A stretch of 64,000 nucleotides of DNA, taken from the NCBI GenBank assembly GCA_002633005.1, contig NMRA01000156.1:186001-250000 (forward strand). The letters run 5' to 3'. Under the pieces are notes generated by a model. That model ran no database searches. It had not been told where the DNA came from and saw nothing but the letters and a program-made list of their open reading frames with translations. Shown piece after piece: positions 38,426 to 50,719 of the stretch (position 1 is its first letter; each line of letters starts with the position of its first letter). Both the position numbers and the translations under genes were made by a program. The stretch is from Phoronis australis. Taxonomy: Eukaryota; Animalia; Phoronida.

Positions 38426-39397
38426 TTCAATCTAGTTTTATGTAAAATGAATCATTTGCTTTATTCCAAGTGCAACTGTGTGCATTTCTATAGCCAGGAA
38501 TGGGGCATGTTTCATTTTTGATCTTCATTTCATGCTAGGCGCAATCACAATTTTATCTGTTACATAGGAATGACAGTTAAGTTTATTTATTTGTTTATAA
38601 TATACACAAATGTGCAAGTAGTACGCCCTCAATTTAAAACAGAAATGTAGTCAGTAGATAACATACACTATAACTAGCATAAGTCGCACATGCGTAGTTC
38701 GAGTTTTGCTAAACTCGGACAAAGTTCTGTGGCATGCTTGTTCAAACTTGTGCACTTGTCCCTTCAGATAAGTTGTATTTCACCTTACTTGACCCGGTTA
38801 AATCCGACTTATGCAAGTTTTACTGTATCATGGAAGTGTTTAGGCTAAATTGAAGGTATTTAGAAATTAGTCAAACCAAAACTATGGTGGGTGTGGCCAA
38901 TGTTTTCAAATTTCTAAAAAAATGTTTCTTGATTTGACATTCAATTCATCCCCGTACATTGACGTGGTGAAAATTTTTTACTAGAAAAAAAAATTGTGGC
39001 TGAGAAATGGCTGTAGGGGTCATTAAGTGCAACTGTGTCTTTAGGGACATTTTGACTTTTAAGACAGTGCTGACTGTATTTGGCTTTATTACACGATCAC
39101 TGACACTGAATCTATTCTCTGATTGGCTGAAGCGCAGCATGGTAACTACCGTTATGGGGTGATGTTGACTGTCTTGCCATGGAGTGTCACTGCTCATGTA
39201 ATTCGCCCAGTTTGTATTTATTTAATTCGCCTTGCTCACAGAAAAATTAAACATGTAGTGATTGATATTCAGCATTATTCTCACCAACAATATTAAATTG
39301 TATATGAATATGTCAATCTCAATATGGCGTGGTAAATATGTTGCAAAGTCTTTCTTGCCCACTACTAAGTCTGATTAGAGTTGTGTGTTTGACCAGT

Positions 39398-39540
39398 GGT
39401 CCCGATGGCTCAGTGGCTCGAGAGTCTGCGCGGTTAGCAGAAGGTTCCGAGTTTGAGTCCCGGCCCGGGGCAGAAATCTTTTCAGACTTATATTCATTAG
39501 GTCACGTGATGTGGCCAACAGATGGCGTGCTGTCAAGACT
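39398..39540 (+). mobile_element. tRNA-derived SINE; related copy at ~47130-47220
   Basis: A box TGGCTCAGTGG, B-box-like GAGTTTGAGTCC; shared tail CAGA(A/G)ATCTTTT...TAGGTCACGT. Confidence 0.7.
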
Positions 39541-40117
39541 TAAATGTTTGCAATAAATTGCATCGAATATTCAGAGCAACAGGCACTTGGAAATGTGTGA
39601 CCAAAGCTTAAGAATGAATTCCAATTGAATCTGCTGTATGATTATTTAATGTGATTCACGATATAAATATATGCATTCAATAAAAAATGTTAGCAACAAT
39701 AGTTTGTTCTTTTACACTTGATGTACTTACAGATTCATTATTTTTTTTACCATTTCTGATTTGTTTGGAATTGAAACTGGACATTTTATAGGTTCTCAGT
39801 TTTGAATTATTTCCACAAACACGTTGAGGTCATTGGGGACAGTGATCAAAGTTTTCTGCAATTTTTAGAGAATGCAAGGAAAAATGGCTAAGTCTTTTTT
39901 GTTCCTTGTTCAAAGGTCATGATTCATTTCAGTGTAAAACCTATACGAACAACAGACCTAGTCACAAATAATTTACCAACACCTTCCACAGAAACGCTGG
40001 AAATCGGTTCTGGAAGACTAGCGATAGAGAGCTGCATTTTCTACCCTATTGGTTAATAAAAATGCATTATTGCTTTTTCAGCTCATCACCACGGAAACAA
40101 CAACTTATTTTGAAGAT

Positions 40118-40123
40118 TTTATT
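40118..40123 (-). terminator. Probable ARMC1 polyadenylation signal (AATAAA on the minus strand)
   Basis: First TTTATT on + below the stop codon, ~220 nt past it. Confidence 0.5.
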
Positions 40124-40343
40124 ATCCACAGATAAAATCTACGTACAAACACATATCACATACGTACAGACACTTCCCCACCATTCACAATATTGATAAT
40201 TGAAAACCAGTGATTTCATCGCTATAAACTTTTATAAAGTCCGTTGACCTTCAGCATCAAAGCCAACACTGACTTCAAGTCATCTCCATTCCTGCTCTCA
40301 GTTCGTTGAAAAATTCCGACATCTAGTTTTCAACGTCACGGCA

Positions 40344-40538
40344 TCACCAATAGAAGGACTTTGCGAAAAAGTTTGTAACCTTGCTGAACATGCCCGAAAC
40401 TGTATCCTCATCCATGCCGACACGTGCGATCGTCTTGTCGTTTTTCACAGGACTGCAATCGTCGTCATCCAAATATGGCGGCAGATGCTGGTTCTCTTTG
40501 TTCATGGTCGCCGGCTCTTGGCCGAATGACAGGAAGAT
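40344..40538 (-). CDS. ARMC1: ARMC1 last coding exon (IFLSFGQEP...LPPYLDDDD...NFFAKSFYW)
   Basis: CTCAG acceptor; SFYW C-terminus. Confidence 0.95.
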   Translation of the reverse strand: MFLSFGQEPATMNKENQHLPPYLDDDDCSPVKNDKTIARVGMDEDTVSGMFSKVTNFFAKSFYW

Positions 40539-43500
40539 CTGAGAAAGCAAACAGTAAAGAGGGTTTAACAGTGACTAAGACACCCCCCCCCCAATGTATA
40601 CATAGTACACAAACCGTTCGTTCAGAAGGCAGGTCGGAATATCAGATGTGCCATCTGAAAAATTTCACATGGTTCCCAGAACTCTGATCTGACTATTTAC
40701 TGTCTGCTCTGAGATCAGAAGGCAGACTTGGCAAGAACCTAAATTCCAATAATGTAATTTGTGGCTGGGTTCTGTTCACACCTGGTGATCGCATGTGATT
40801 AGCCAGAGCTATTTTGTACATTACTGTTGTGCTAATTACATGAACTTTTTACACGGCTAATGGGAAGCAACTCATTAACCTTCCTCAATCTGACTACAGT
40901 ATCCATTCAGTGACTCGATTCTAGCATAGACTATAGTACATGGACCGCCAACTACGGATATTTTCAATGGACGAAATCAGTGATCTTACGCATAAGCCGT
41001 GATGGCATTATTCACTAGCAACACCTGGGAAAATTAGCAAGTTTTACTTCCGGCAAGTACAGTGTCTGCTAATCATTGTTGGCTGTTGTGTGGTCAGGTG
41101 CCAAAAGTACTAACGACACCAACAGTTCTATTATTGGAAGACTTTGACCAGCGTTTCAATGCTGAAATTATTTTTTTTTATTGTACTGGACAGTAAAATA
41201 GATGTGAGAATTTTCTGTCACAATACAAAAACCGGAAACTGAAATTGGTAATTTAGGAGAGTAGCGCCTCTTCTAGGATAGCAGGCAAGAAAGTGTCGGA
41301 GTTGCGAATCTGTTGTCTATAATCTATGATTCTAGCTAATGCATTTGTCAAACAACACATGATTTTGTTGTTCATAAAGTTTTAATCAGCGCAAGATTGT
41401 TGGAAAAATGATGAAATTTGCTTGTAGACCTTGAAACAAGGACAGAAGAGTTTGCAGCAATTTGATAAAGTTTCAAACTTCTAAAAAGGTTCTTAACTTC
41501 TCTCATATTTGATTCAAGTTTCAAAAGTTAGAAGCAAAATATTTTTGCGATTACAATTCACATTCTAAACTTGAACTTTTCACAGACCAATCTCTTATAG
41601 CACAACCCATATAATACCCTACATACTAAAATCCTCAGCAGATGCAGAAGGCTGCAAATGTCAAACTGAGGGCATAAAAGCATAAAGACTGATTTTCCGT
41701 TTTCAAAAGCAGAAATTCGTTTTAGCAAAAATAAAATTTCGTTTTTGTGAATCAGCAATTTATGATTTTGCTATTTCAAAGTAATAATTGTCTCAGTGTT
41801 TCTGTTGCAGCCCCATTTTACAGACAGCTTACTGTATGCCACGTTTACTGTCTTTGAAAACCAGAAAAACGATAGCGCCATCTTCTGAAAGAATGAAGAG
41901 CTACAAACCGATAGGCAATGATTTGAGGCCAGAATTGTTGAATTTCATGGATCACATCCTTAATTTTTGATAATTAAAACAAAAATTGTAGAAATATGGT
42001 ATCTGATACTGAAATGAGTAATTTTGTTCAAATCTCTTATTTTTTGAAAGAATATCAATTATATGAATTCCGAGCTATTTCCCGTGACAGCGGAAAATAA
42101 GGTATGTATCCCTTATTCCAGGATATTTGTTACAAGGTGAACTGTCATGTACCTCTTTTCCCTCCGAGTTCCTGATCACTTGTTCGGCGTTCATGGTGTC
42201 GGATTTTGCGATGGCTTGAATGAGCAGCTGGAAAAAAATATTTCATTGACAATTTGTGAAATCCATTTTTGCCATGTCCTACAAACGTTCTCTACATTCT
42301 GCTTAAATTTTAAGACATGGTAACCCGTTTGAATTATTAAATATGTCTGACATTTTATGGTGTCTGAGAACATGGCTAACTGTTCCGATCAATAAATCAG
42401 TGAAATTAGCCAAATATATACAAAATTATAAGTTTTGGCTCAGTAAAGGACTGGTATACATTTTCTGGAAGTGAAAAACACATTGTGAATGGGCATTAGT
42501 AGTTGTAGTTCATTTGCTATATTATGCTTGTTTAGTTGCTATTGTTCATTTATTGTTTTGCTTGTCTTTATTGTGTCTTATGGCGGTGTATAGCCTTGAC
42601 TTCTTATGAACATTTCAGCCGGACATACCATGTTAAAACTTTACGTTGTGGAGATCAGTTGTTCCTTTCCACGAAGATGACCAACTGGCAGTGTCAGATC
42701 TTCCCGCCTTTCCTGTGAAACTGTTGCAGCATGACCTCTGTTGGGTAGTAAATGACTTAACCTATCTAAAACCTGGCAGAAGACGTTTCACTTACTACCC
42801 AACAGAGGTCGCGTTAACATAGTTTCACAGGTAAAGCTGGGAAGACTGGAAACTCCAGTCGATCCTCTTCCACAAAAGAGTACGGTTGTGATCCCCGCAA
42901 GGTCAAGTTCAAGGTCAAGTTCTAACTTTGTATGCTCGGCTGAAACATTCATAATTAGTCTTGTAGTGCAATTATGACAACTCGTCAACCCCAAGTAGCA
43001 AATTCCTCACTACAAAAAGCAGTCTAGACTAAAAATACCTCTATCTGAAGATCTTCCTTGACACGAACGATGCAGCGCTTTTTGGAAAGGTCAAAGGTTA
43101 TGCTGAGTACCCCTTTGACACGCAGTAGAAGGTTACGGCAAACATCCATATCGTGCTGAAAGAAAGAGTGAGATAATGGATTTTTTGACACCAGAAAGTT
43201 TTTCTGTAATACTAACTTGCAGTTGGTGGACCCGAGTTCCTAATATTCAAACTAATCATTTTTGTGTTATTCGTTGAAGCAAATCGTGATCTTTGATCAG
43301 GGTACAAAAAATCCCCAAAGCTGCTTGTCCACGTATTCTCTAATAATAATTGCAAATTGCATTTACCGGGGACGTGGATTAAGTTTTTCCAGATTATCCT
43401 AAGAGGATGAGAGGACACTTTTTTCAGGTATTGTTTGGCTTAAGATTAAATATGATCATAATTTGGATCGATGCAAAAGATATGTAAAATTCTGTTTCAT

Positions 43501-46500
43501 TTGAATTCCATCCGTCTTGTCTGCCAAATTCATGTCCAGAAACTTTAAAGGCCTTATAAGGTTATGTAGAAGCCTAGAAAAATATCCAAGTTTAGCTAAA
43601 TTTGGAATATATCTCAGAAATGGTCGATTGGATTGACATGAAACTTTCAGATACCGTGCTTTGTACTCTGGTTACAAAGCGCTGTTAGGAATTGCCTTTT
43701 ATACAATAATCCACTTTTGCAAGCGAAGCTATCAAAAACAAATTTTTATGATTTTTTTACGAAAAAATCAAAAGTTGAATAAAACCAAAAGATAATTCAG
43801 AAAACTGTAACAGCATTTTTGAGGTTTTATGTTGAAAATTTATATCCACCTGTTTTCCAATTTTGCAGACCCCATCAAAAACAGCTTGGTATATAGACAA
43901 AAATCAAATTCTACAGGTTTTATAGTTTCAGAAAAGATGTACTTTTAACGAGTGAAATTCTACAGTTTGGGAGATATTAATTATTTAGATGAGTGCACAG
44001 CAGGGCTTGGAATGACCAATGACAAAAAACGCGGAAACTTTTACGGTCCAAATCATGCCCGATAACTAGCCTTGAATGGTCGATGTGAACCTTTCCCCGA
44101 CAAAAATCGGGAGGACTAAAAAAAGAAAACATTACCACCATCAGTAGCATGCGTCTGCGTCCTTTTAGCTCGCCCGTCCACCCCCAACCCACACATTTTT
44201 GGCTGCAGAGCGGTAGTATTTGTTGCCGCGCTTAACAATAACACGAGACGCCATTGAAAATCCCACCACGCTGTCCCAGATGCCCCGGCAATGTTGACAA
44301 TTTACGTTCCTCCGAAACATAAAGAGCAACTTCCGCTTTTCGAGGTGCACGTCGTCTGCAACGCCGGGTTAAGAAAGGAATTTGCCACGGAAATTTTATA
44401 TCAAATCCGATTTTTTACGCGGAAATATTATAAAAAAGCGGAAAGCAAATTTTAAAAAAGCGGAAATCCGCGTTTCCGCGGAAAATTCCAAGCCCTGGCA
44501 CAGGCTTGTAGATAATGTTCTCCATACAGAGCTTGGAATAACCAACGACAAAAAAGAGGAAAATTTCCCAAGTGACGTATCGTTCCACAAATAAATAGGC
44601 TTGAGTGATAGAAATATTTTTTGTGTTATAAAATTGAAGTGAAATAAACGTCTTTGCAAGAATAAAGTCGAAAGAATGACAAAAAGAGACATAACAGAGG
44701 AAACTGAAAATCAAATAAAAGCAAATCGAAACCAAAAAGAGGAAAATTCCAAGCCTTTTGCATAAACCATAAGGCATCTGTTTACCATCACTTTTTTATA
44801 TAGTCACTCCCTGGAAAGGTCAATTAATAGTACACAGCTATTAAAGAAATAGTCCAGTGAAATTGGGATTTCTAAATGTATTCACTGGGTGTAGTAAGCA
44901 GTAGGCTAGTGAATTTCTCTTAGGAATCAAGGAATCCACCTGGATTAGAAAGCAATGGCCACCTATGAATCGAGATGAGAACAGCTCCATGCTGAGCCTA
45001 GTATACAACATACTGTATGCAGCGCCATCTACCTGCCACAGATGAAGGCAGCAGCATATTAGTTGCTAAAAAATTTAGGTAATTGAGATTAAAGTGGATG
45101 TAAAATGGGAAATTCATCACAAAACATTCATCTGGGATGTTGTAAAATAAACTGACGAAATTGCTCACGCGGGCAACATTTGATTGAATATTTTGATTTC
45201 CTGATGTCGGAGTTTTACTCATGCAGAATACAAGTCATCCCTACTTTGTCCTGCAATCCTGACACCTGTAGGATGATTGTTTTAGATTTTCCACCCAGAA
45301 AGAAGTTCTTCCCAAGACGCTTTTTGGTGGACGCAGGTGCCTTTTGAATGTGACTGAAAAATAAAAAAACAGTCAAAATTAATGAAGGCAAAAATTGTTA
45401 CAAAAACCGAATTCCAAACAACAGTATTTTGTCCCTCTTGGCACAGGAGAGCAAAGTTTCGTTAACCTTACGGTCATTGTCATCAAATTTTTAATTTTTT
45501 TTAAAAGTGCAAATCTATCATTTAGAGATTTTCCTACCTTTTGCCAAGGGTACAGTAAAGTGGTATTGCGTTACAAGCAACCCTTGCAGGACTTTTGTAG
45601 AACATTAATAGGAGCCGAAGTTTGTTGTCAATCAAATCAATTTGCATATTACCGTACAGTTGCCTTGAGACTTGTGGAAAGAAATGTTAGAAACAAGCGA
45701 GACATTAAAAACCACAATTGTAACGAGGTTCAACAATTACACAGTGAAGATGCAGTTGTCAAACATTATCCATAGAATGAAAATCTGATTCGCAACTTGT
45801 CATCAAAAGCGCTTTAGTCACTAACAGGGGTCCCAGGTTTTGAGAACCAGTTAGACAACATTATTCAGTGGAGAAAACTGGTTCTCGAAATGCGGGAACC
45901 ATGTATAAAGTGACTATTACCATCAAAAGGTCACACAATTGACTTCATTAACAAATTCACAAAGAACTCTTGTTTTTCTCTAATAGCTACATGTAAACTC
46001 TAAGGAAGAGTCATGTTACCACAACTAAACAGATTGTCACCACCAATCTCACCAAAAACTTTTATTTTTCCGCTCATAGCCTCATGCAAACTCTAGCCAA
46101 GTCAGGTTATAACAAAGAAACAGAAATTCGCCACTCACGTATTTTCTACTTGCGTCTTCAGGGGTGTTTTGATTGGCTTGCGTGTGGGTGTGTCGGATGT
46201 CAGTACATCCCACAATTGCTTGGATAAATTCTGTAAATGATGCAAACAACTGTCCCTGAAAAACAAGAAAACGTTTTACAGTGCACAACAAAAATCAAGA
46301 CAAAATGACCTAGAATTCCCAGTCATGATGGCTGAGCGCAAGTGATTTCCTGTCATGACGGCTGAATGCAAGTGGAATTTACCACATCAGTACGTAGAAT
46401 GACCAGTCATGACAAAGAAATGGCATGTCCTCTTGTAACTTTTCGCGTGTACTGTGCCTTAAGAAATTCATTCTCGAAATTGGTCACGCCGACAAAACAT

Positions 46501-49182
46501 ATGAAGAAAACGTCGGACTTTGAAAAACTGAAAAAGCAAATACAGCGATACACTAAAATAATGCCTTTCTTGGAAACATTCTAACATCTAACACAAGGCT
46601 GCACTCAAATGAACATCAGTTCAGTTTTATGTATGCATGCATCTATATAAAACAGTGACAGCATGTATGTATGTATGTATGTATGCATGCATGCATGTAA
46701 ATGTAATGTAAATGTATAAGTAAATGAATGTATATGTATACAGTCCTTTCTATAAAAATAGGCGAGTGTTCTATGCCTGCCAAGTTTATTACTGCCTATG
46801 CAAACACCAAGTACACAGCAGCAGAGGCAGACTGATCTCGAACAGCACACAGACACGCAGTCCACTTACATGAGAGCTTCAATCTGTTCTTTCATTCCCA
46901 TAAATTCACGCAATCTTGCCCTGTGTTCGACTGGTTCAGCAAGCAACAACAGTGTCTAGAGCAATGGAGAAAAAAAGTGGTGAAAACCACAATACTAAAT
47001 ACTGTTCACATGGCACATTTACATGGTGTTTTTTAGGATAATGTAATATCACAGAACTTGTTACACAAATATACAAAAATACTAACGATGAAGAAAGCAG
47101 GAGGTTGATATGGTATAAGTATTACAGTCGTGTTATGGTAGCAGAAAGTCCTGGGTTCAAGGCCCAGTTGGGACAGAGATCTTTTAGAACTGAACTATAC
47201 ATGTAGGTCACGTCATGTAACTGACATATTATGTGTAAGAAGACTAACAATTCTTACTTGAAACTCCCACAGAAGCAAAACAAATACAAAATTATTTGAG
47301 TAGATATTACCAGAAAAAACGTTCGAAATGTAACACAGACACATGTCACTAAGACGCACAAAACTGCATCCAAGAATGTGCATAAGACAATGCCTATCAC
47401 TGCTTTGTTTAAAAAGGAAGAAAATGAACCTCTAACGCTGTCACGACGATTGCAGAGTTTGGATTGGACAGGACCATGATGAGGCCACCCACACAAGCAT
47501 CATCCTGCAAAAGGAAAATAAGCAGAAGACCTCCTTGAACCACAAAATTACAATTATAAAAAAATCAAAAATGAACACCTAGAAAAATAACAATTTTCAG
47601 GAAACAATTATTGTAACTATTCGGAATAATTCCCACAATCAGTTAACCATCCACTTTCCCTTCCACCTTTTTACAGAACACGTCATCGTGCCGCCATTGG
47701 ATGTACAAAATTCTTCCCTTCAATTCTTGCAACCAGAGCAACAAACATTTGTACCCCGGACGTGATGGCACTTCTAAATCACGCTGATACAAATCTCCAA
47801 ATTTTACTTGAGAGTCAGGCAGTTTCCAGTTCTCTGGTGACTTATGACCCACGATTTTCTCATCCAAATTTGAACTTTGAACTTGGGACTAATGTACAGA
47901 TAATTATATCATGTATACTGAATGTAGCAGGTTGCAAGAATGACGAGATTGCCAAAAGAGCGAGAAATGTTTTCTGTAAGTGTGAAGAGTGAAGTTCAGT
48001 TGAATACATAGTCATGTTTTTACTAAGTATGCTGGCACTAGCGTGTGTTATTTTACTCATATCGGAGCATTAAATCATTTGGTTTGGACCTATTTCTTGG
48101 TCACAGAACTAGCGAGAGAGACGGCGCTACAGGTCACCGACGTGACAACGTGGTCATTCGACGTGATGTGTGCTGAACTTTTGCCACATCAGCCACAAGG
48201 ATCAACTGTCTGAGGATTTTTTTTTTCAAAACAGTTCTATCAACGTTTAACAGCATCAATTTTAGTGACAAAACTCAGCATCAGGTACAAAGTATGTTGA
48301 GTCTCAGATTTGACAGAACCTTTGCCATTCCGGGTAAGTAAAGCTCAGAGCATTGTTCACATATATAGGTTCAAGAACAACGTTGAAAGCTCCCAAATGC
48401 ACTGCAAAACAACAACGGTTACGCTGCAGTATTTGATTCATCCAAGTTTTGATATCAAAGCCATTTGTTCCTTGGTCAAGTTTCATCAAAATCTGTCAAG
48501 CAGATCTGACAATAATTGAGCGATGACCAATATCTTGTTGAAAACTAAAACAGGCAACAGGGTGTGCCACAGAAGATGAATTCCTTCGAAAACTGACTGG
48601 TGCCGGCATATCAAAGCCATTAGCCGTTATCATGTTTCATGACAATCTGTCAAGTCATTACGGCAATAACTGAATGTCTTGTTTAAAAATAAAACGGCCA
48701 ACAGGGGTAGCCAAAGTAATCAAATCTGTCTGAAAATCCACTGGTGTTGGTGTATTTTCACCACATAGCTCAGCGTCAAGTTTTGGCAAAATTTGTTGTT
48801 GGTTTGCAAAAAACTCATGGATAAAGGATTTATCGAAAACTGAAACAGCCACCAGGGATGTCCGTGTTACTAAATCTGTCCGAAAATCGAATGCTGCCAG
48901 CGCATTATTGCAACATACCTCTGTCAAGTTTCTGCAAAATTCATCATTTGCCAAAATTTGATAGCCCAGAAAAGACGAGACCGATGCACGCCGGGACACA
49001 GACAATATGAGACAATTTTTTGTGGTCGCACAAAAATTGTCAGTTGCGCGTGCAGCTTTACCTCATTAAAACAAATAATTGGAAGAGTTTAGTACCTGAA
49101 GAAGTGCTTTGGCTTTTACAGGATCGCTGGCGAGTCTCTTAAACAATGTTATTGCTTCGCTGGAAAGAACTGAAGAATTCAT
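40344..49182 (-). CDS. ARMC1: Armadillo repeat-containing protein 1, spliced gene, 8 coding exons, 286 aa
   Basis: Exons 49182-49096, 47504-47430, 46955-46870, 46255-46139, 45353-45245, 43155-43039, 42227-42153, 40538-40344 (861 nt, all GT-AG, phases match). Starts MNSS, has LASDP, the HMA-like segment LLRVKGVLSITFDLSKKRCIVR, and the diagnostic C-terminus NFFAKSFYW (human NFLSRSFYW). Confidence 0.95.
40925..41328. mobile_element. Non-autonomous DNA transposon, P-element-like (CATAG TIR, 7-bp TSD)
   Basis: ATTCTAG|CATAGACTATAG ... CTATAATCTATG|ATTCTAG; ~40-bp imperfect TIRs. Confidence 0.75.
42153..42227 (-). CDS. ARMC1: ARMC1 exon (LLIQAIAKSDTMNAEQVIRNSEGKE)
   Basis: Resembles human [25 protein letters not shown]. 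Confidence 0.93.
42673..42870. repeat. Imperfect inverted repeat (~83-bp arms, ~32-nt loop)
   Basis: CCTGTGAAACT...GACCTCTGTTGGGTAGTAA pairs with TTACTACCCAACAGAGGTC...AGTTTCACAGG. Confidence 0.85.
43039..43155 (-). CDS. ARMC1: ARMC1 exon (HDMDVCRNLLLRVKGVLSITFDLSKKRCIVRVKEDLQIE)
   Basis: Resembles human [22 protein letters not shown]. Confidence 0.95.
44001..44497 (-). mobile_element. Longer hAT-like non-autonomous element with perfect TIR and 6-bp TSD
   Basis: GCACAG|CAGGGCTTGGAAT ... ATTCCAAGCCCTG|GCACAG. Confidence 0.85.
44527..44758 (-). mobile_element. hAT-like MITE, inverted copy of the 10725 family
   Basis: Reverse complement of 10725-10957; flanks TCCATA / TGCATA. Confidence 0.8.
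45245..45353 (-). CDS. ARMC1: ARMC1 exon (HIQKAPASTKKRLGKNFFLGGKSKTIILQVSGLQDK)
   Basis: Resembles human FFLG..KRAKTVVLHIDGLDD. Confidence 0.93.
46139..46255 (-). CDS. ARMC1: ARMC1 exon (DSCLHHLQNLSKQLWDVLTSDTP...)
   Basis: TTTCAG acceptor, GTGAGT donor, phase 2/2. Confidence 0.88.
46655..46740. repeat. (ATGT)n / (ATGC)n microsatellite
   Basis: Directly visible. Confidence 0.85.
46870..46955 (-). CDS. ARMC1: ARMC1 exon (TLLLLAEPVEHRARLREFMGMKEQIEAL)
   Basis: CTAG acceptor, GTAAGT donor. Confidence 0.9.
47430..47504 (-). CDS. ARMC1: ARMC1 exon (DDACVGGLIMVLSNPNSAIVVTALE)
   Basis: Resembles human [25 protein letters not shown]. Confidence 0.92.
48107..49036 (+). mobile_element. Helentron/HINE-like non-autonomous element with ~150-bp internal tandem units
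   Basis: AAC.G.CA.CAGGG recurs at ~48549, 48692 and 48844, with AAGTTT...AAAAT motifs; ends TTTTTTGTGGTCGCACAAAAA. Confidence 0.5.
49096..49182 (-). CDS. ARMC1: ARMC1 coding exon 1 (MNSSVLSSEAITLFKRLASDPVKAKALLQ)
   Basis: Acceptor TTCTAG directly before the ATG; donor GTACTA. Confidence 0.9.
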
Positions 49183-50719
49183 CTAGAAAATAAACATACT
49201 TGAATATAACCGTTGCTGCAAGAATTTCAGAATTGTTCAAATATTAACAATATTCTCAAACTAAATGGTTGAAAATCTTGATATGTTAGAAATTAATATT
49301 AAAATTGATTTCTAGCACCACAAGTTTGGCACCCCCAGTCTAACTGCCAACTCTTACGGCGAAAGTTGACCTTTGAAAACTTTTTATTGTCAATCCAAAC
49401 AACACTCATTTTTTTCTTCCACAACAGCTTCCAACCTAAGAGTTCCCAGGGCTCAACATAACGAGCTGCACGGTTCACATTGCCACCTGAAATTTGCAAA
49501 TATGAGTTTAGATTTTCCCAACTCACATTAGTCGCCTTGGGTATTCCGATTTGAGCGAGCTGATATGAGTTTTGTATATTTCCATCAAATTCTTTTTTGA
49601 TGTTCATCATTTTCAATACATAGCGCTCAAATAATCATGAAGTAATTTTGGAGTCCAGATAGTTGAAAAAGTGATACTTCATTCTCTAATTTTACTATAT
49701 CAACCATCTTTTTCAATGTGAACTGTATAAGGAATATTTTTGCTTCTAACCTCTTTGTCAGCCATCACATATTTACTAACATCATTCATAAGATGTTCTA
49801 GATCCCCTCAAAATTATTGACAAGGATAGTGTATTGCACAATAAACAATTTTTGATCCAGACCACTTATAGAAATTGTTCCTTTTTTACAGTCAAAACAG
49901 GTTTGAGTTCTGGACTAGGAATTCCCAAGAAAGAGCGGACAATTTGTTATTGCTTGACACCATGCTGTATAAGTTCACTTGATGCAGCATGTCATTGTAT
50001 TCGCCGAGCATCGTCAAGAGAAATTAGAAAACTGTCAGTTCATTGCAAGATCATTTCTCAAAAAAGAACACTAAATTTGTTATTCCTTGACAAAATGCTT
50101 AGTGCATAAAACGGCACGCCATGATAACCTAACTTGAGGAAGCTGGTCACAAGCAGTAATACTTTACTATTACCCGTGTATTACCGACTTATTTTGAAAC
50201 TCCAAAATCACCTCTATACTACTCATAGTATTGACTGAGGAGTGAGGTACACCAATAACAAATAATCATGGTCTGACTAAATAAAAAACGCTGGTGCATG
50301 GATACTAAAAAGTTATGTGGCAGTATTTTGAAATTCGTGGCAACCAAGGGACTTCGGAAACTTGTTCCCCAAAAAGGCCCCAGTAATTTTCGTCTGTCTA
50401 CTTTTTACTCCGAGTAGGCTACAACCAAAATGAAACACGTTCAGAAATCACAAATTGTTTGAATAGGCCCAACTACAAAATTAATGAATGCATCATAAGG
50501 ACAAATCACTAGGACTAGCTTGCAGTCAATTTATCCTAAATATCGGTTCCTACCACAAAGTAAACTACAACTTCGTTAGGCCGCTGGTTTGCTACATACT
50601 GGAACTGAAGGTAACTAAACTGGGTCGATTGTGTTGAGGCTAAGTTCAACTTCATCACGGTTAAATTTTTCAGCGACTTTTCGCAGATTCACATTGAAAC
50701 CAGAACAAATACGACACAC

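Noticed and set aside
39398-39470. Functional tRNA gene
   Set aside because: Cloverleaf is degenerate and it continues into a tail shared with 47130-47220, so it is a SINE
44165-44254. Minus-strand MASRVIVKRGNKYYRS..., superficially like a PPDPF N-terminus
   Set aside because: It lies inside a TIR/TSD-bounded transposon within an ARMC1 intron, and the nearby SFYW exon belongs to ARMC1
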